Of a stretch of 64,000 bases of DNA, positions 1 through 13,079 are shown in pieces. The stretch's first letter is position 1, and every line of letters starts with the position of its first letter. The notes under the pieces were generated by a model. The model was not told where the DNA came from and made no database searches. It was given only the letters and a program-made list of their open reading frames with translations. This DNA is from Lama glama (taxonomy: Eukaryota). Made by a program: the position numbers and the translations under genes. The stretch spans positions 80,850,001 to 80,914,000 of the forward strand of contig CM052816.1 of assembly GCA_028534125.1 (NCBI GenBank). Reading direction: 5' to 3'.

Positions 1-2039
1 TCTTCATTTGTTTAAAATGTGCATTATCATAATATTAATAATGTCCTATATTCATGATAAATTATGGTATGACACATATTATTGCTATCATATTCATGAT
101 TAAAAACACTCTAATTAGAAGGCACACTGACAAGAGAATTTGAAACTGTATACATTTAAGACAATGAGAGCTATAAAGTTTAAATTTGTATTCTTATTCC
201 TGCCTCTAAATGTGTCATATTTTGGGGGATAAATTCCACAAATCGTTTTTCAAGGCTTTATTTAGAAAAATAGTGAATCTCTGTGCTTCTGCTGGACCTG
301 TAGAATCTCCATTGCCCTGTGACCTTGTTCTGAGCAAGTAAAACCTAGATAATTTAAGGTAGTCTGAGTAAATGGAGAAGACATGTGTACACATATCCTC
401 TGTATGTGTGTTTCTTTTTATCATTGAATTCTGTTTTTCTCACTCCCCGTTCTCTCCCATTTCTCTATCTGTCTGTGTGATAAGAATCAGAGCCCATCTC
501 AGTGATTGTGAAGTTGTAAGTCTTATCTCTGGAGCAGCCAGAGTAAATCAGAATTTAAACCCTACCAGCCAAAGGCTGACAAACAGTCTCAGAATGTAAT
601 GTGTCTGCCAACGTCTGTTACTTGAAGATAGATGGATTTGGTTCTGATGTGATCATTTTCTTTTGGCAGTAGGGAGCTGTTATGAGACAGAGGGTGCTAG
701 GAAACAAACAAGGTATTTCAAATAGAAATTCCAGAACTCCCATATCTAGAGTAATTATTTTAATTAAAAATTGAAACACTATAAAAATGGTACAATTGAA
801 AATTTATGGAAGTTCTTAACTAAAACCTTTTAGCTATTCCCATTGAAAGAGGATTATTGAAAAACATACAAATAGATGATCACAAAGAAGGAAGCAGGCC
901 AGATAAAACCAAGGTCAGAAGCAAAGTGAATTGGGTCTACCACCACTGCTCTGCTTGATGGCTTGCTCTGTTTTGCTGATCTTTGTCATGAAAAGTGGCA
1001 CATGCCAGACCTGGAGGGTTTTAGAAACAGGGGACTTGCTCAGGCTATGCTAGGTGAGGCAAGCGTTCCACTTCAATTCTTCTACATGTTTTTAATTTGG
1101 AACAGAAGAGCCTCAGCCATTTTTAGTTGAGCATGGATGAGGGTGAGGAGATGACATGCTTTCATGCTCAGGTCTGCCAGCTTTTGAGTCCAGCCATCAG
1201 CAAAAAAAGCTGGTCAATTCGTTCAGGACCAAACCAGGGTGTGTGTGTGTGTCTGTGGGCATGTATGTTTTGAAACTTAGAATGGAAAATTAGTGTTGCA
1301 GGATAATTTTTGGTTTTATAAAATTTTAGTATTTCCAAGACTATCTGTTTCTTTCTAAAGTGATGTCATTTATATAAACTACAACCAAAGGCTGATGATG
1401 GTACCTATATGAGGACTTTGAGGTCTGAATAGCTAGGCTTCTAAGAGGTATAATTAACTGTATTCAAGAATTTTTTTCACTCAATTTCTTTCCTATCAAA
1501 GTCTGAACTTTAGTTAAATACTGAAGCACAACTAAGTATATATCTAAAACTTGAGATTTATGAAATCTACCAAGGACTACCTGCTTGATTCTCTTCAGAA
1601 TATTAATACAGTCATTAGGAAACCTAAAATGTTTTTAAATTGACTTTGAAGTTCTTTGTAGAAAAATAAAAAGCTTGTGCAGAGGAATGGCAGGGTAGGT
1701 AGAATCAGAAGTAGGATATGGGGAGTAGACACTGATTATATAGAGGGATTAATAAAAAAGATTTGATTTTCTGAACTGTGGTGTTTGATCAGAGTACTAA
1801 GGAATGGCAAATGATAATATATTTCTGGATGACAAAGAAGAAATTTTTTTTAAACTGCTTGAATTAAGAAAAAAAGAATTTGCTAGTGTTTTAGAGGCTT
1901 TAAACAAATTCTTGAAAGGAAGACAGATATAAAAAGAAGACATCATAGGTGTAACACAGAAGAAGCTACAGTGGAAATGCTGCCCCACTATTCCATCACC
2001 ACCTGCCTCATATTATCTTCCGAAGTATGCTCCCCACCA

Positions 2040-2522
2040 CTCCTTCAGCAGCATTTACTCTGTGTTTTCTCTGCTTGGAAGTACTTTCCTCCTGGAACTA
2101 CAGGGCAAACTCTACTTATTTTTCAAGACTTAGGTCAAATATCTCTTTTTCCATGTAGCTATCCCTGACACCCTGCAAAATCTTACTTTTTTATATATCT
2201 ATAAACATTTTTTATTGAGTCATAGTCATTTTACAATGTTGTGTCAAATTCCAATGTAGAGCACAATTTTTCAGTTATACATGAACATACATACATTCAT
2301 TGTCACATTCTCTTTCGCTGTGATCCACCACAAGATCCTGTATATATTTCCCCGTGCTACACAGTAAAAATTTTACTTTTTATTGCACTAATTTCACTGT
2401 CATGTTATTTGTTTATGTGCTTTCTCATCTAGAATGTTCAAAACAGGCAGAGACAGTCATCATTTCATGTGCCTAACTCATAGTAAGTGTTCAATAAATT
2501 CTTCTTAAACAAATAAATGAAT
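2040..2522 (+). mobile_element. L2 LINE 3' end, split by a young L1 tail
   Basis: L2-like 'ctctgcttggaa...ctacttatttttcaagact' resumes after 2380 and ends 'tagtaagtgttcaataaattcttcttaaacaaataaatgaat'. Boundaries are approximate. Confidence 0.65.
2191..2366 (-). mobile_element. Young (camelid-type) L1 3' end, 5'-truncated
   Basis: 'tttttattgagtcatagtcattttacaatgttgtgtcaaattcc...' is near-identical to the copies at 30.06, 53.0 and 55.2 kb. TSD aaaatcttactttt (2177-2190) / aaaattttactttt (2367-2380). Confidence 0.85.
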
Positions 2523-2952
2523 ATTGAGGATCATGATTGCAGAAAGACATATAGCTGTCTTTCATGATAAAATTGTGAACAAGATAAGGAACTATAGTCT
2601 GGAGCAAGTATCAGGAGATTTACAGTTGGTAAAATCACTCAGTAGCCCAGAAGGTAATTGGGCAGTTTGAATCTGGAGGGAAGACTCCAGTGAAAGAAAT
2701 TTAAGGCTGTCTTAGACTTAATCCTCTACTGCGTAATCAGTGACTTACAGAGAGAAATAAAGGAATATTAGAATTAATTAATTGCATTTAAAGTCTTTAA
2801 AGTTTTAAAGTTCTAGACTTCCTAAGGTATGCTATGCCTCTTGCTATATCAATGAATAAATTAGCTTTGTGGTTTATACATTACTCTTTTTTTGAGTTGG
2901 GTTATTAGTTTGATTTTCCAGAGGCTGAAATCCTTTTTTGAACTAAAAAGAA

Positions 2953-2983
2953 AAACAAACAAACAAACAAACAAACAAACAAA
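2953..2983 (+). repeat. (AAAC)n microsatellite
   Basis: Read directly from the sequence. Confidence 0.95.
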
Positions 2984-3525
2984 AGTTTTAAAATTTGTGA
3001 TGGTAAGGTGTCTCTCTCCTTTTCTTTACTGTTTTCTCTTTGACACCATCTGTGCATCAGTGATTTGTTGAAAACTACATGTCTTGATTTTATCTTTTTA
3101 GTGTATTTTGTTAAATAAGACTCAGGACATTGAATTTCCTCAGTATTTTAGACAGCTTTTAGAGTCCAACGGGAAATGTTAACAGATGAAAATAATAATA
3201 ATAAAGCCTTACATTGTTGAGAGCAGGCAGACTTCTGGAAAATATGTGAGTTCTTTCATTGAAGAAGCCTACTGTTGGAAAATAAAAGAAAATCATGCTC
3301 TCATGTGGTCCTGTTGGCCCAGAATATAGACAAAGCCATTAATTCTGAGGTCTTGCTAGTCTTACCATCTTAAGTCTGTTTTATCCAGGCCACAAAGAGG
3401 AACCCACTGTCTGAGTCTACAGACTGACTTGCACAAAAAGCAATGGATACAGAAGAGAAACATGGTTTATTCATAGTCTGATAGCCAGAAGAGACTTGAG
3501 ATGTCTATCATCTGGCCATCTGGCT

Positions 3526-3690
3526 TAGAGATTTCCAGACCCGGCTGCTCCTCAGAATCACCTGGAGAGCTTTTAAAATACAGAATTCTGGTCCTCATCC
3601 CCTAAGATGTTCTGGGAGGGGGATCTAGATGATTAAGTTTGTTAAGGCCTCCAGATAGTTTTGATGCCTAGCCAGGTCTGGAAACCACTG
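3526..3690. mobile_element. MER5-type hAT-Charlie MITE inserted in a MIR
   Basis: 'agaatcacctggagagcttttaaaatacaga...ggtctggaaaccactg'. 8-bp TSD-like atctggct (3518-3525) / atctggtc (3691-3698). The MIR core 'aaactgaggcacagaaggtgaagtgac' follows to ~3796. Confidence 0.75.
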
Positions 3691-4469
3691 ATCTGGTCAA
3701 GCCTTCCTGATTTCTGGATGCATAAACTGAGGCACAGAAGGTGAAGTGACCCTCAGCTCAAGGCTGGCACAGCCGCACCAGAACCCAGTGCTCCTGGTGT
3801 ACAATCTTCAGAATTACAAAGGCGGAGATGGTGTTTCCAGCTACCTATTTGATATCTTAAGTGACCTTTTATAGTTATAGGAGGCAGTGGAATAATGAAG
3901 GGAAAAACACCTAATTGAAACCAAAGTCTCAAGGAACTGCTGTGAGAATCTCGTTATGACAGATCACTGCTTCATAAACCATGAAGTGGTATACTGCTAT
4001 GCATGCATGGAGCATATGCAGCAGAGTAAAGTTGTCATATAAAAAAGCTCTTAAGTAAGTAAAAAGGAAATAAAAACACTTTACAGTAACTTGATGGCAC
4101 ATTAAAATTGCTTCAGCCTTTCTCCATCTCAGTGAGGGAGGCCTAGTCTACAGGTGAGCAGGATGACCTATAGGCGCTTTGTATCTGTGGTTTGTGTTAA
4201 TCTCTGAGAACTGTGGAGCAAATATTGAGACTTAAGTTCAAGGTCTTCTACTTATTTGCTGCTTGAGCACGCTGAATCCCAATTCTACCACTTGTCAACT
4301 TAAGTGATTAAAGAAGATAACAAAAGTTTTGTTCTGGATTTAATCTTTTGTGATGTTTTACTCTCTGCTGCCTTTGCAGATCTCTTTACCATCTTGATTT
4401 CTCATGTTTTCTGATTCTGCTTGGAGACTTTCCCCATTTTAATCTCATTTCCTAATCTTTCTAGTTTTT

Positions 4470-4830
4470 AATTCAAGAAATATTTATTAACATATTTTAA
4501 AATATGTTTTTCTGCTAACTATCTGGGGTATAAAAATGAAGGATTTGGTGTCCCCGACCTTAAAGAACTCATATTCCAACAGAAAGAGAGCCATGTATTA
4601 ACCACATTTTGATAAAATATGATAAGAGCTACAATGGTGACATAGTGTGTCATACAAGCATATGGGGGAAATGATGAATTCTTCTGAGGGGATGGAACAC
4701 ACATGGGACTGTTGAAGGTTTACAGAGGTAGGGTGATTGGAGTGGATATCTAGAATGAGTAAGACTTATCAGGAAGAGCATGAAAGATTGCATGAAAGGA
4801 AGGGGGATGTAATAGGGATGGTCACAGAGA
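4470..4830 (-). mobile_element. L2 LINE 3' fragment
   Basis: 'attcaagaaatatttattaa...gtccccgaccttaaagaactcatattcc' matches the antisense L2 tail pattern. Confidence 0.6.
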
Positions 4831-5029
4831 CTTGAACAAGTTTCTTCTTGAAATTAATTTAGCATATCCATTAGCAACAAAGAAGCAATGCTACTTGTCT
4901 TTAGTCTTAGCATTTTTTTTTTCCATTCTCTTTCTTCTTGCCTCCCTTACCCCTTTGGTTTTACTTTCATTTTCATTTCAAGCCTCAACCTTTTGCAGAG
5001 AGATAACATTAACATCAGTTTCTAAAGGC

Positions 5030-5865
5030 TCATTCACTATGCAAGGCCCTATGCCATCTGATTCCCCTTCATCTGTTTCCTTTTCTCACTCCCCTCCAGC
5101 CATGCTTGCTCCGCTCTTGTTCAAATGTGCTAAACACGCTCCCATTTAAGGGACTGTGTGTTTATTCTTTCTTCTTCCTAAAATGCCCTTCCACCATATA
5201 TCTATGTGGCTCAGCTTTCGCTTCATTCAGGCTGACCACAGGGTAATGGAGAGGCAAATCCTCTCCCCCTGCTGGGATCTGAGGTGCTAGCCATTCTCTC
5301 TCTTAGTTAATCTCACAGCTGCTTATTCTACACTGGCGTTTGAATGTCCCTCCAGAGCAAGAGCTTGTTCAACACTCAGATGGATTCCCAGGGGCTTTTC
5401 CTAAAGGAGCAAAAAGGTCCTGGGGTTGTAGGGGTGGTCTGAAGGTTAAGGTAGCAACAGATACCTCCTTCCCCTTTGTAAAACGTATTTTTGTATGTCA
5501 TCCTCACCATCTCAGGCCTTATGCATAGAATCCCCCAAATGGAGGATATAGGAGATCTTCTGTTTCTCCCTACAGTGGGTAAGGGTGAGAGAAAGGTATG
5601 TATTTAAAGAAAATTAAATTTAATAACAAGTTTCTCTGAAAAAATGCTTTCCCTATAAGCTCCTTCTTCTGTCCCCTGAACTACCATGTTTTCCTTTATA
5701 CACTGACTATGCGTGACCTCTTATATATATCTATTTTTTATTGTCTGTTCCCACTTATTATAGAATATAAGCTCCCAAGATACAAGGTCTTTATCTCCAG
5801 GTCCTAAAATACTGTGTGGTTCATAGTAGGCATTTAATAAATATTTTTCAAAGAATATCTAATGC
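5030..5865 (+). mobile_element. L2 LINE 3' end interrupted by an LTR-like insert
   Basis: L2 motifs before 5232 ('cttcattcagg') and after 5629 ('tagaatataagctcc...catagtaggcatttaataaatattt'). Confidence 0.65.
5233..5628. mobile_element. Probable solo LTR, family unassigned
   Basis: 396-bp block bounded by TG...CA that splits an L2. Flanks aggc/agtt are at best a decayed 4-bp TSD. Confidence 0.4.
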
Positions 5866-6129
5866 AGGGTACATTTAATTGAAGACATTCATTTATTCTT
5901 TTATGAAGGTAATATTAGGATTACTTCCTGGAATCCCAGGAATAAGAGAGTAGGTTTTGTCTTCTTGGCTACTTGGTTTTTTGTTGTTGTTCTTACTTTC
6001 TTCATTCTTTAAATGCATATGTGCATATAGATTAGAAAGATTAATACGCATCAGTGAGCTACAAGGCTGGGGTCTTATTGAGTATAGCTCATGAAATATT
6101 TACTAATTAGAAGATAATTTTGCTTAAAA

Positions 6130-6193
6130 GTGTGTGTGTGTGTGTGTCTGTCTGTGTGTGTGTGTGTGTCTGTGTGTGTCTATGTGTGTGTGT
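6130..6193 (+). repeat. Imperfect (TG)n microsatellite
   Basis: Read directly; interrupted by TC and TA units. Confidence 0.95.
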
Positions 6194-7769
6194 TGATCAG
6201 TGTGTTGGGAGATGAGAAGATAGGGTGGCATTCAGGGAAAAGATGTTTCCAAGGAAGTAATAGTGTCTATCAAGAAGCTGTGGACATATTGGATGAAAAA
6301 GGCCTATTAAAGCACCTGTAAATTTTTATTCAATAGATATTTTTGAGAAAGATGCAAGGCCTTGTGGGTTGTGGGCAGGGGCACAGAATCCCTCATATTA
6401 AAGTTTATAGTATAATGAGACATACAGGCTTGTGTAGTCCCCCTGAGTTACGCTACAAGGCTGAGGGTGCTAAGAGCTGCAACAGGAGAGCGAAGTGCTC
6501 GCAGAGTAAGCAGAGTAGAGCATGAAGTACAAACTAAGAGAGGTGACTGTGTGACCATGTCACTTATTAGCTGAGGGGTGTCATTAGTTAAGTGGTGAGA
6601 GCATTTAAGGTTAATTAGGGAAGGCTTCAGAGGGGAAAGGAGGACAATGTGGCACGCACTTGGTATGTGGGAGAGAATGACTGTTTCCTGTGTGCCCCAC
6701 TTCCTGGCAGTCAGAAAGATGCTTCTCTCCCCAAGGCTGCCCCATCAAAGAAGAAGTAACCGTGGAGGTCAAGTAGATCGCTCTTTAAGTTCTCTAATGT
6801 CTTTACAAGGTTCCTTACAGATGGATACAGGAGGAAAGAGGTGCTAGGTTAGGGTATTTGTTGTCTTCCAGGGAAGTAAACTAACAGCTCGGCCAACTGT
6901 CTTACGGCACGGGCGCTTGCTGGGCAATCTGGACTTTGTCAGGCCATGCCTGGGAAGGAACTCACGTGAGCCCTGAACCCCTTTGAAGACAGGAAAGCCC
7001 GAGGAAGGGCATGAGTGTGTTTGCTGTTTTAACACTCCTCCACCCCCACCCCTCAGTGTGGGAAAAGGTTATCATTTCTTGGCTTTCAAGGTTTTCTCTC
7101 AGGAAAATCTTTTCCTTTGTTCTATTTATGCCACAGACCCAGGCAAAAGCACTCAATATTGCAGTTCTGGAACAGTGACACTCCAGCCACAGTGCATGGG
7201 GAGTTGAAGGAAGGAGTCAGTCTGGCATGGACTGGCTTACATCCTAATTACAGAAAAGAAAACAAGATTGCTTTAGATTTATAAAAAGTGGAAGGCGCTG
7301 TTGCTGCACGTGAACAGAAAATCTTTGCTTCCAGTAACCCATGCTCTTGTTTTAACATTGAGACAGAAAGTGAGCTGGACTATAAACTCGCCTGCCTAAA
7401 GGAAAGAATGCTTTTCCTCTTTAGCCCTTTGCTTCGGTGAGTTAGGGGAATGAGTGAGGAATGAGGGTATGAAAAAGAGGTTGAACACAGTGGTGCTGCC
7501 CACTGAATTATTTTCCATCTGTTCCATCTGAAAGGTTGTTGCTTTCAGTATATTCCTCAAAGGACAAGGCCCAGTGTTTTGGGATGATCTGGTGCATTCC
7601 ATCCTGGGTTTATCTGAATATTTGCAGAGAGAAAAGAGAGTGATTGGAGCAGCATGTTGGTCCTCATTGTGGTAGACAGAGGGAGGAGCAGGAATAATGC
7701 AGTATGCATGTGTGTGGTAGAGCAGGCAGATCTACATGTAAAGGAGACAGGTTAGCAGACAGATGAGTT

Positions 7770-7941
7770 AAACCACCAGAAGCTAGGGACAGACACAGAA
7801 TGATTCCCCTACAGATTTCAAAGGGAGCATGGCCCTGCTGACACTCTGATTTTGGACTTCCAGCCTCCAGAACTGTGAGATGATAAATTTCTGTTGTTTT
7901 AAACCACCAAACGTATGGAAGCCCTAGGAAACTAATATACA
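7770..7941 (+). mobile_element. MaLR LTR 3' half (MLT1B/C-like), followed by a MIR fragment
   Basis: 'ggacttccagcctccagaactgtgagatgataaatttctgttgttttaaacca...gccctaggaaactaata'. Confidence 0.85.
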
Positions 7942-9150
7942 GTCACTCAGCTAGTAAGTGACAGAAATAGAATTTGAAATCTAGTCTATGTTAATCCATA
8001 TCCTATATCCTTTTCTAAATGGAGAAATCATTGGAATGTTAGGCTGGATCTCTATAAATATGACTTTCCTGACAATTGAAATATATAGGCAGTGATTGAT
8101 AATCACAGAAGTAGATACAGTCTGGTTGGAAGTGGGGCTGGCTAAATTTTAGCAAGGATGAAGTTAAGGCATACAGTTCAGTTGTGCCTAGTTCTGCTTC
8201 ATCCCTCCTAGCCCTATTCCTCAGTCTAGTTACCTCCACAGGTGAATGGCAAGAGCTAAGTAAGTCCAATGGGTTAGGAAGAAGAAAGCAGGCATTGCTG
8301 TAACTTCAGGGTTGGAGGGAAAGAGGAGAGATAGCTGGATATCTTTAGGGATTGCTAGGTCTATTATTGAGTTGCTAAGAGAAACTATAATTTCCTTTTT
8401 TAGAGGCTCCTAAAATCACTCCTAAATTATTCAGTGATTGCTAAATGTGTGTTGGGCACATTGGAGAGGTGATGATTGTGAAATAAAGATCCAATCCCAG
8501 TTATCGAAGCTGAAATCTGGGAATACAAAAATTACTATATCTGAAAATATTGAAGACAGAGTAAAACTGTTCAAGTTCAACTATTATAGGAATTCAGGCA
8601 AGGGATGGCAGAGAAGGGTCCTTCCTATATTTTTTCCAGCTTTATTGAGATTTAACTGACATATAACATTGTGTATGTTTTAGGTATACAGTGTGTTGAT
8701 TTGATACATGTTACAAAATGATTATCACCATAGCATTAGCTAATGTCTGCATCACATTACATAATTACAACTTCTTTTCTGTGATGAGAACATTTAAGAT
8801 CTACTCTGTTAGCAACTTCAAGTATATGATATAGTATTAATAACTATGATCACCATGTTGTACATTAAATTTCCAGAACTTATTCATCTTATAACAAAGT
8901 TTGTACCTTTTAACCAAAATTTCTCCATTTCCCCCACCCCCCAAACCCTAGAATGGTAACCACCATTCTAGTCTCCATTTCTATGAGTTCAGCTTTTTTA
9001 AGATGCCACACATAAGTGATATCCTACAGTATTTGTCATTGTCTTTCTGACTTATTTCACTTAACATAATGCCCTCGGTGTCCATCCTTATTTTCACAAT
9101 TGGTAGGATTTCCTTTTTTCACCTGGCTGAATAATATTCCATTGTGTATT

Positions 9151-9250
9151 CAGTCATCCCTTAGTATTTGTGGTGGATTTGTTCCAGGACCCCTGTAGAT
9201 ACCAAAATCTGCAGATGCTCAGGTCCCCTGTATAAAATGGTATAGTGCTA
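9151..9250 (+). mobile_element. MER2-like (TcMar-Tigger) MITE 5' fragment inside L1
   Basis: 'cagtcatcccttagtatttgtggtggatttgttccaggacccc...accaaaatctgcagatgctc' resembles the MER2 terminus. Confidence 0.8.
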
Positions 9251-10616
9251 TAAACCAAATCTCCATCCATTCATACAGTAATGAACACTTAGGTTGTTTC
9301 CATAGCTTGGCTATTGTGAATAATGTTCCAATAAACATGGGAGTGCAGATATCTCTTCAAGACCCTGTTTTCATTTTCTTTGGATATATACCCAGAAGTG
9401 GGATTGCTGGATCATGTGACAGTTATTTTTAATTTTTCAAGAATTTTTTTGAGGAAGGCCCTTACTGTTTTCCATCATGACTATACCAATTTACATTCCC
9501 AGCAATTGTGTAAAAAGGTCCTCTTCTCCACATTCTCTTCAATGCTTGTTATCTCTTGTCTTTTTGATAATAGCTATTCTAACAGGTATGAGGTGATACT
9601 TCTTTGTGGTTTTGATTTCGTTTCCCTGATGATTAGTGATATTGAGCACCCTTTCATGTATGTGCTGGCCATTGTATACCTTCTTTGAAAAAATGTCTAT
9701 TCTGTTCCTCTGCCCATTTTTTAATCAGATTGAATTTTTTGCTATGGAATTGTATGAGTTCTTTACATATTTTGGATATTAACCTTTTATCAGATATGTG
9801 ATTTGCAAATATTTTCTCCCATTTCATAGGTTATCCATTTTGTTGATGGTATTCTTTCCTGTGTAGAAGCTCTTTAGTTTGATATAGTCCCACTTATTTA
9901 TTTATGCTCTTGTTGCCTTTGTTTCTGGTGTAAAATAAAATAAAATAGCCAAGACTGGTGTTAAGTTGCTTACCCTCTATGTTTTCTTCTAGGAATTTAA
10001 AATTTTATAGTTTCAGGTTTTAACTTTCAAATCTTCAATTGATTTGAGTTGATTTCTGTGTGTGGTGTAAGATAGGGGTCCAGCTTCATTCTTTTGTGTG
10101 TGGATGTCCAGTTTTCTCAACACCATTTATTGAAGGAGCTATCTTTTACCCATTGTATATTCTTAGCTCCTTTATTGTAAATTAATTGACCGTATGTGCA
10201 TGAGATTATTTCTGGGTTTTCTGTTCCATTCTGTTGATCTGTGTGTCTGTTTTTATGCCAACACTATACTGTTTTGGTGGTTATAGCTTCATAATATACT
10301 TTGAACGTGTGATGCTTCCAGCTTTGTTCTTCTTTCTCTAGATCACTTTGGCTATTGGGGTCTTTTGTGGATCCATACAAATTTTAGGATTGGTTTTTCT
10401 ATTTCTGTGAAATAGAATTCTGAATTTTGATTGGGATTGCATTGATTCTATAGATTGCTTTGGACAGTATGGACGTTTTAACAATATTAATTCTTTCAAC
10501 CCATGAGCATGGAATGTTTGTGCATTCTTCAGTTTCTTTCAGCAGTGTCTTACAGTTTTCAGTGTAAAGATCTTTTGCCTCCTTGTTTAAATTTATTCCT
10601 AAGTATTTATTCTTTT

Positions 10617-10761
10617 TAAAAAAAATTCATTCTTTTTTTATTGTAGTATAGTCAGTTTACAATGTTGTATCAACGTCTGGTGTTCAGTCTTACATATACA
10701 TATACATATATTCATTTTCATATTCTTTTTCATTATAAGTTACTACAAGAGATTGAGTATA
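10617..10761 (-). mobile_element. Short younger L1 3' end nested in L1
   Basis: 'ttttttattgtagtatagtcagtttacaatgttgtatc...' interrupts the host ORF2, which resumes at 'ttgatactattgtaaattgg'. Confidence 0.75.
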
Positions 10762-10960
10762 TTGATACTATTGTAAATTGGATTGTTTCCTTAATTTCTT
10801 TTTCTGATAGTCCATAGAAACACAACTTTTTTGTATATTGATTTTGTATCCTTCAACTTTTACTAGCAGTTTTTTTGTGGAGTCTTTAGGGTTTTCTATG
10901 TATAATATAATAACATCTGCAAGAAAGACAATTTTACTTCTTTTCCAAATTGGATGCTTT

Positions 10961-11054
10961 TTTAAAAAAATGAAGTTTAGTTGATTTACAATATTGTATG
11001 AGTTTCAGGTGTACAGCATGGTGATTCAGTATTTCTACAGATTATACTCCATTA
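10961..11054 (-). mobile_element. Short L1 3' end nested in L1, with TSD
   Basis: 'tgaagtttagttgatttacaatattgtatgagtttcaggtgtacagc' is flanked by the duplicated host motif ttggatgc (10950-10957 / 11060-11067). Confidence 0.75.
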
Positions 11055-11254
11055 CTGATTTGGATGCCTTTATTTCTTTTTCTTGACTAATTACTCCAGC
11101 TAAGACTTTGAGCAGTATATTGAATAAAAGTGACAAGAGAGGGTATCCTTGTCTTGTGCCTGATCTTAGAAGAAAAGCTTTCAACTTTTCACTGTTGAGT
11201 CTAATGTTAACTGTGGGCTTGTCATTTATGGCCTTAGGATCCTCCTTTTAAACA

Positions 11255-12090
11255 TCAGTGTTCCTTAATACTCCATCTTCAAGTCTTCTTCACCCTCTCT
11301 GCATACTCCGTGGCTGGTCTTACGATTCTTCTGGCACTGATTTTTATTCTGAACTTCAGATTTTATTTATAGCTATAGCTGGACAGCTTCAAATTTTATT
11401 CAGTATCTTTAAATTTTAACTCATTCTTCAAACCCTCTCCCCAGTCTCCTTCTATATTCCTTATCTTATTTATTGAGTTTACCTCCCATGTAATTTCTCA
11501 TATTAAAAAAAAATCTAAATTAATACTATTTTCCCCTCCTTTCACCTTTGCCTACTCCAAATATCTGTTGGCCATAAAATCCTATATGGTTTATTTTGGA
11601 AATATTTCCCAAATCCTGTCCATTTTGCCATCTCCTTATGAGTGTCTATTATAGGTCCCAGGGAAACCTAATAGGACTCAGACAACTGCTTTAGATTTCT
11701 AAATAGAATTCCTGAGTCCATTGTCTCTTGCTGTTAGTACACCCTGTACACTGATGCCATGGTAACTTTATTAAGTCAGAATTCTACATCTAACTTGTAT
11801 TCCTAAAATTGTTTAATGGCTTAGTCCTAGATATAGCATGACATGAAAGTTACCTCTACCTCTAGCTCCTGTCTAACCTCTCAAATTCTTCCACTGTCAT
11901 ATCCTCCCTTTCCCCACATCTTAAACTTTAAGGTACACAGAATTTATTACTGTTAGTGAGCACATGATGCTCTTTTGTTGCTTTGAGATATTTGAACACA
12001 TACATCTGGAGGAATTTCTGTCTTAGAAAAATTAACCTTCCGCTGCCTGGAAAACTTCCACTCATTCTGTATGTCCTCGCTTGCTTATCA
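11255..12090 (+). mobile_element. Highly decayed L2
   Basis: Pyrimidine-rich tract with scattered L2-like motifs. Boundaries are uncertain. Confidence 0.45.
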
Positions 12091-13079
12091 GGTGCTGGTG
12101 TTTACTGAGGGTCTATAATGTGCAAAGAACTTTTGTAGCTAGCATCATCTTAGTCCTACCAGTAATCTCTTTTTACTAAGCATTTTACTCTTTTTTTTAA
12201 CTTCTTTAAAAAATATGAATATTTCTGGGAAAATAGAGCATTAAGCCTTTTATACATTAGTGAATCTTAACTCATAAAATTACTTTCCCCAGTGACAGAA
12301 AGTCTATGTTGAAGAAGAAACAGTGATGAGAGGGTAGAAGGAATCAAAGAAGGAGGAAACAGGAATGGATACTGAGAATAAATGACCCATTAAAATTTTC
12401 CCTGGCCTAGCAAAAATGCCTTAGTCTACATGTAGTCAGCTTAGCTGGATGATATCAAAAAAGGAAATTGTTAAGGCATAAATAAAGTTGATCATCCCTG
12501 AGTTGGGTCTGAATAATCTCTGAGACATGTTAAAATGTCAAAAATAAAAACAAGTCTAGAATTTTAAGAGAAGGGAGGCAAAAATGTACAATGTCTCAAA
12601 CTTAGAGCTCTTCTTGGAAATACGGTTTTGTAGTCAAGATACTCTGTGTGTAGGGTGACCTTTAAGCTAAATGTCAAGGTTGGGGTAAAGAACCAGGCAA
12701 TTAGGAGGGAACCAGATATCTCTGGAGAGAGTAAGCACTTCCAAAGGTGCTGTGTAGGAGACAGGACGATATGCAGGGTAGGCTTTTTCAATTTGGAATG
12801 GACTGTAGAGATAATTTAATTCAGTCCCTTCATTCTACAGGTGAGGAAACTGACTCCTTAAAATGTTATACTTCTTGAATAGATCCAAGCCCTCCTGCTG
12901 CAAATGAGATAGGGAGCTCCTCTAATCTGTTCTATTCTTCCACATATAAAATTAATACCAAAATATTGCATAGAAAGTGATAAAAATTGCTTACATTTGT
13001 ACAGAGCTTTGTTTATAAAATTCTGGGCACAATATCATCAGAGAGTGTATATTGTTTTTGCCTTTGAGACACTTTACTA

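Larger units (their letters stand above)
8630..11235 (-). mobile_element. L1 (L1MA-like 3' UTR plus ORF2 3' part), 5'-truncated, carrying nested inserts
   Basis: Starts 'ttttccagctttattgagat' and continues as antisense ORF2. Degenerate TSD aagggtccttcct (8614-8626) / taggatcctcctttt (11235-11249), ending in a TTTT/AA endonuclease site. Confidence 0.9.

Noticed and set aside
1804..1932. 42-aa ORF MANDNIFLDDKEEIFFKLLELRKKEF... with a good Kozak context
   Set aside because: It is short, driven by A-rich composition, and has no recognisable homology or splice support.
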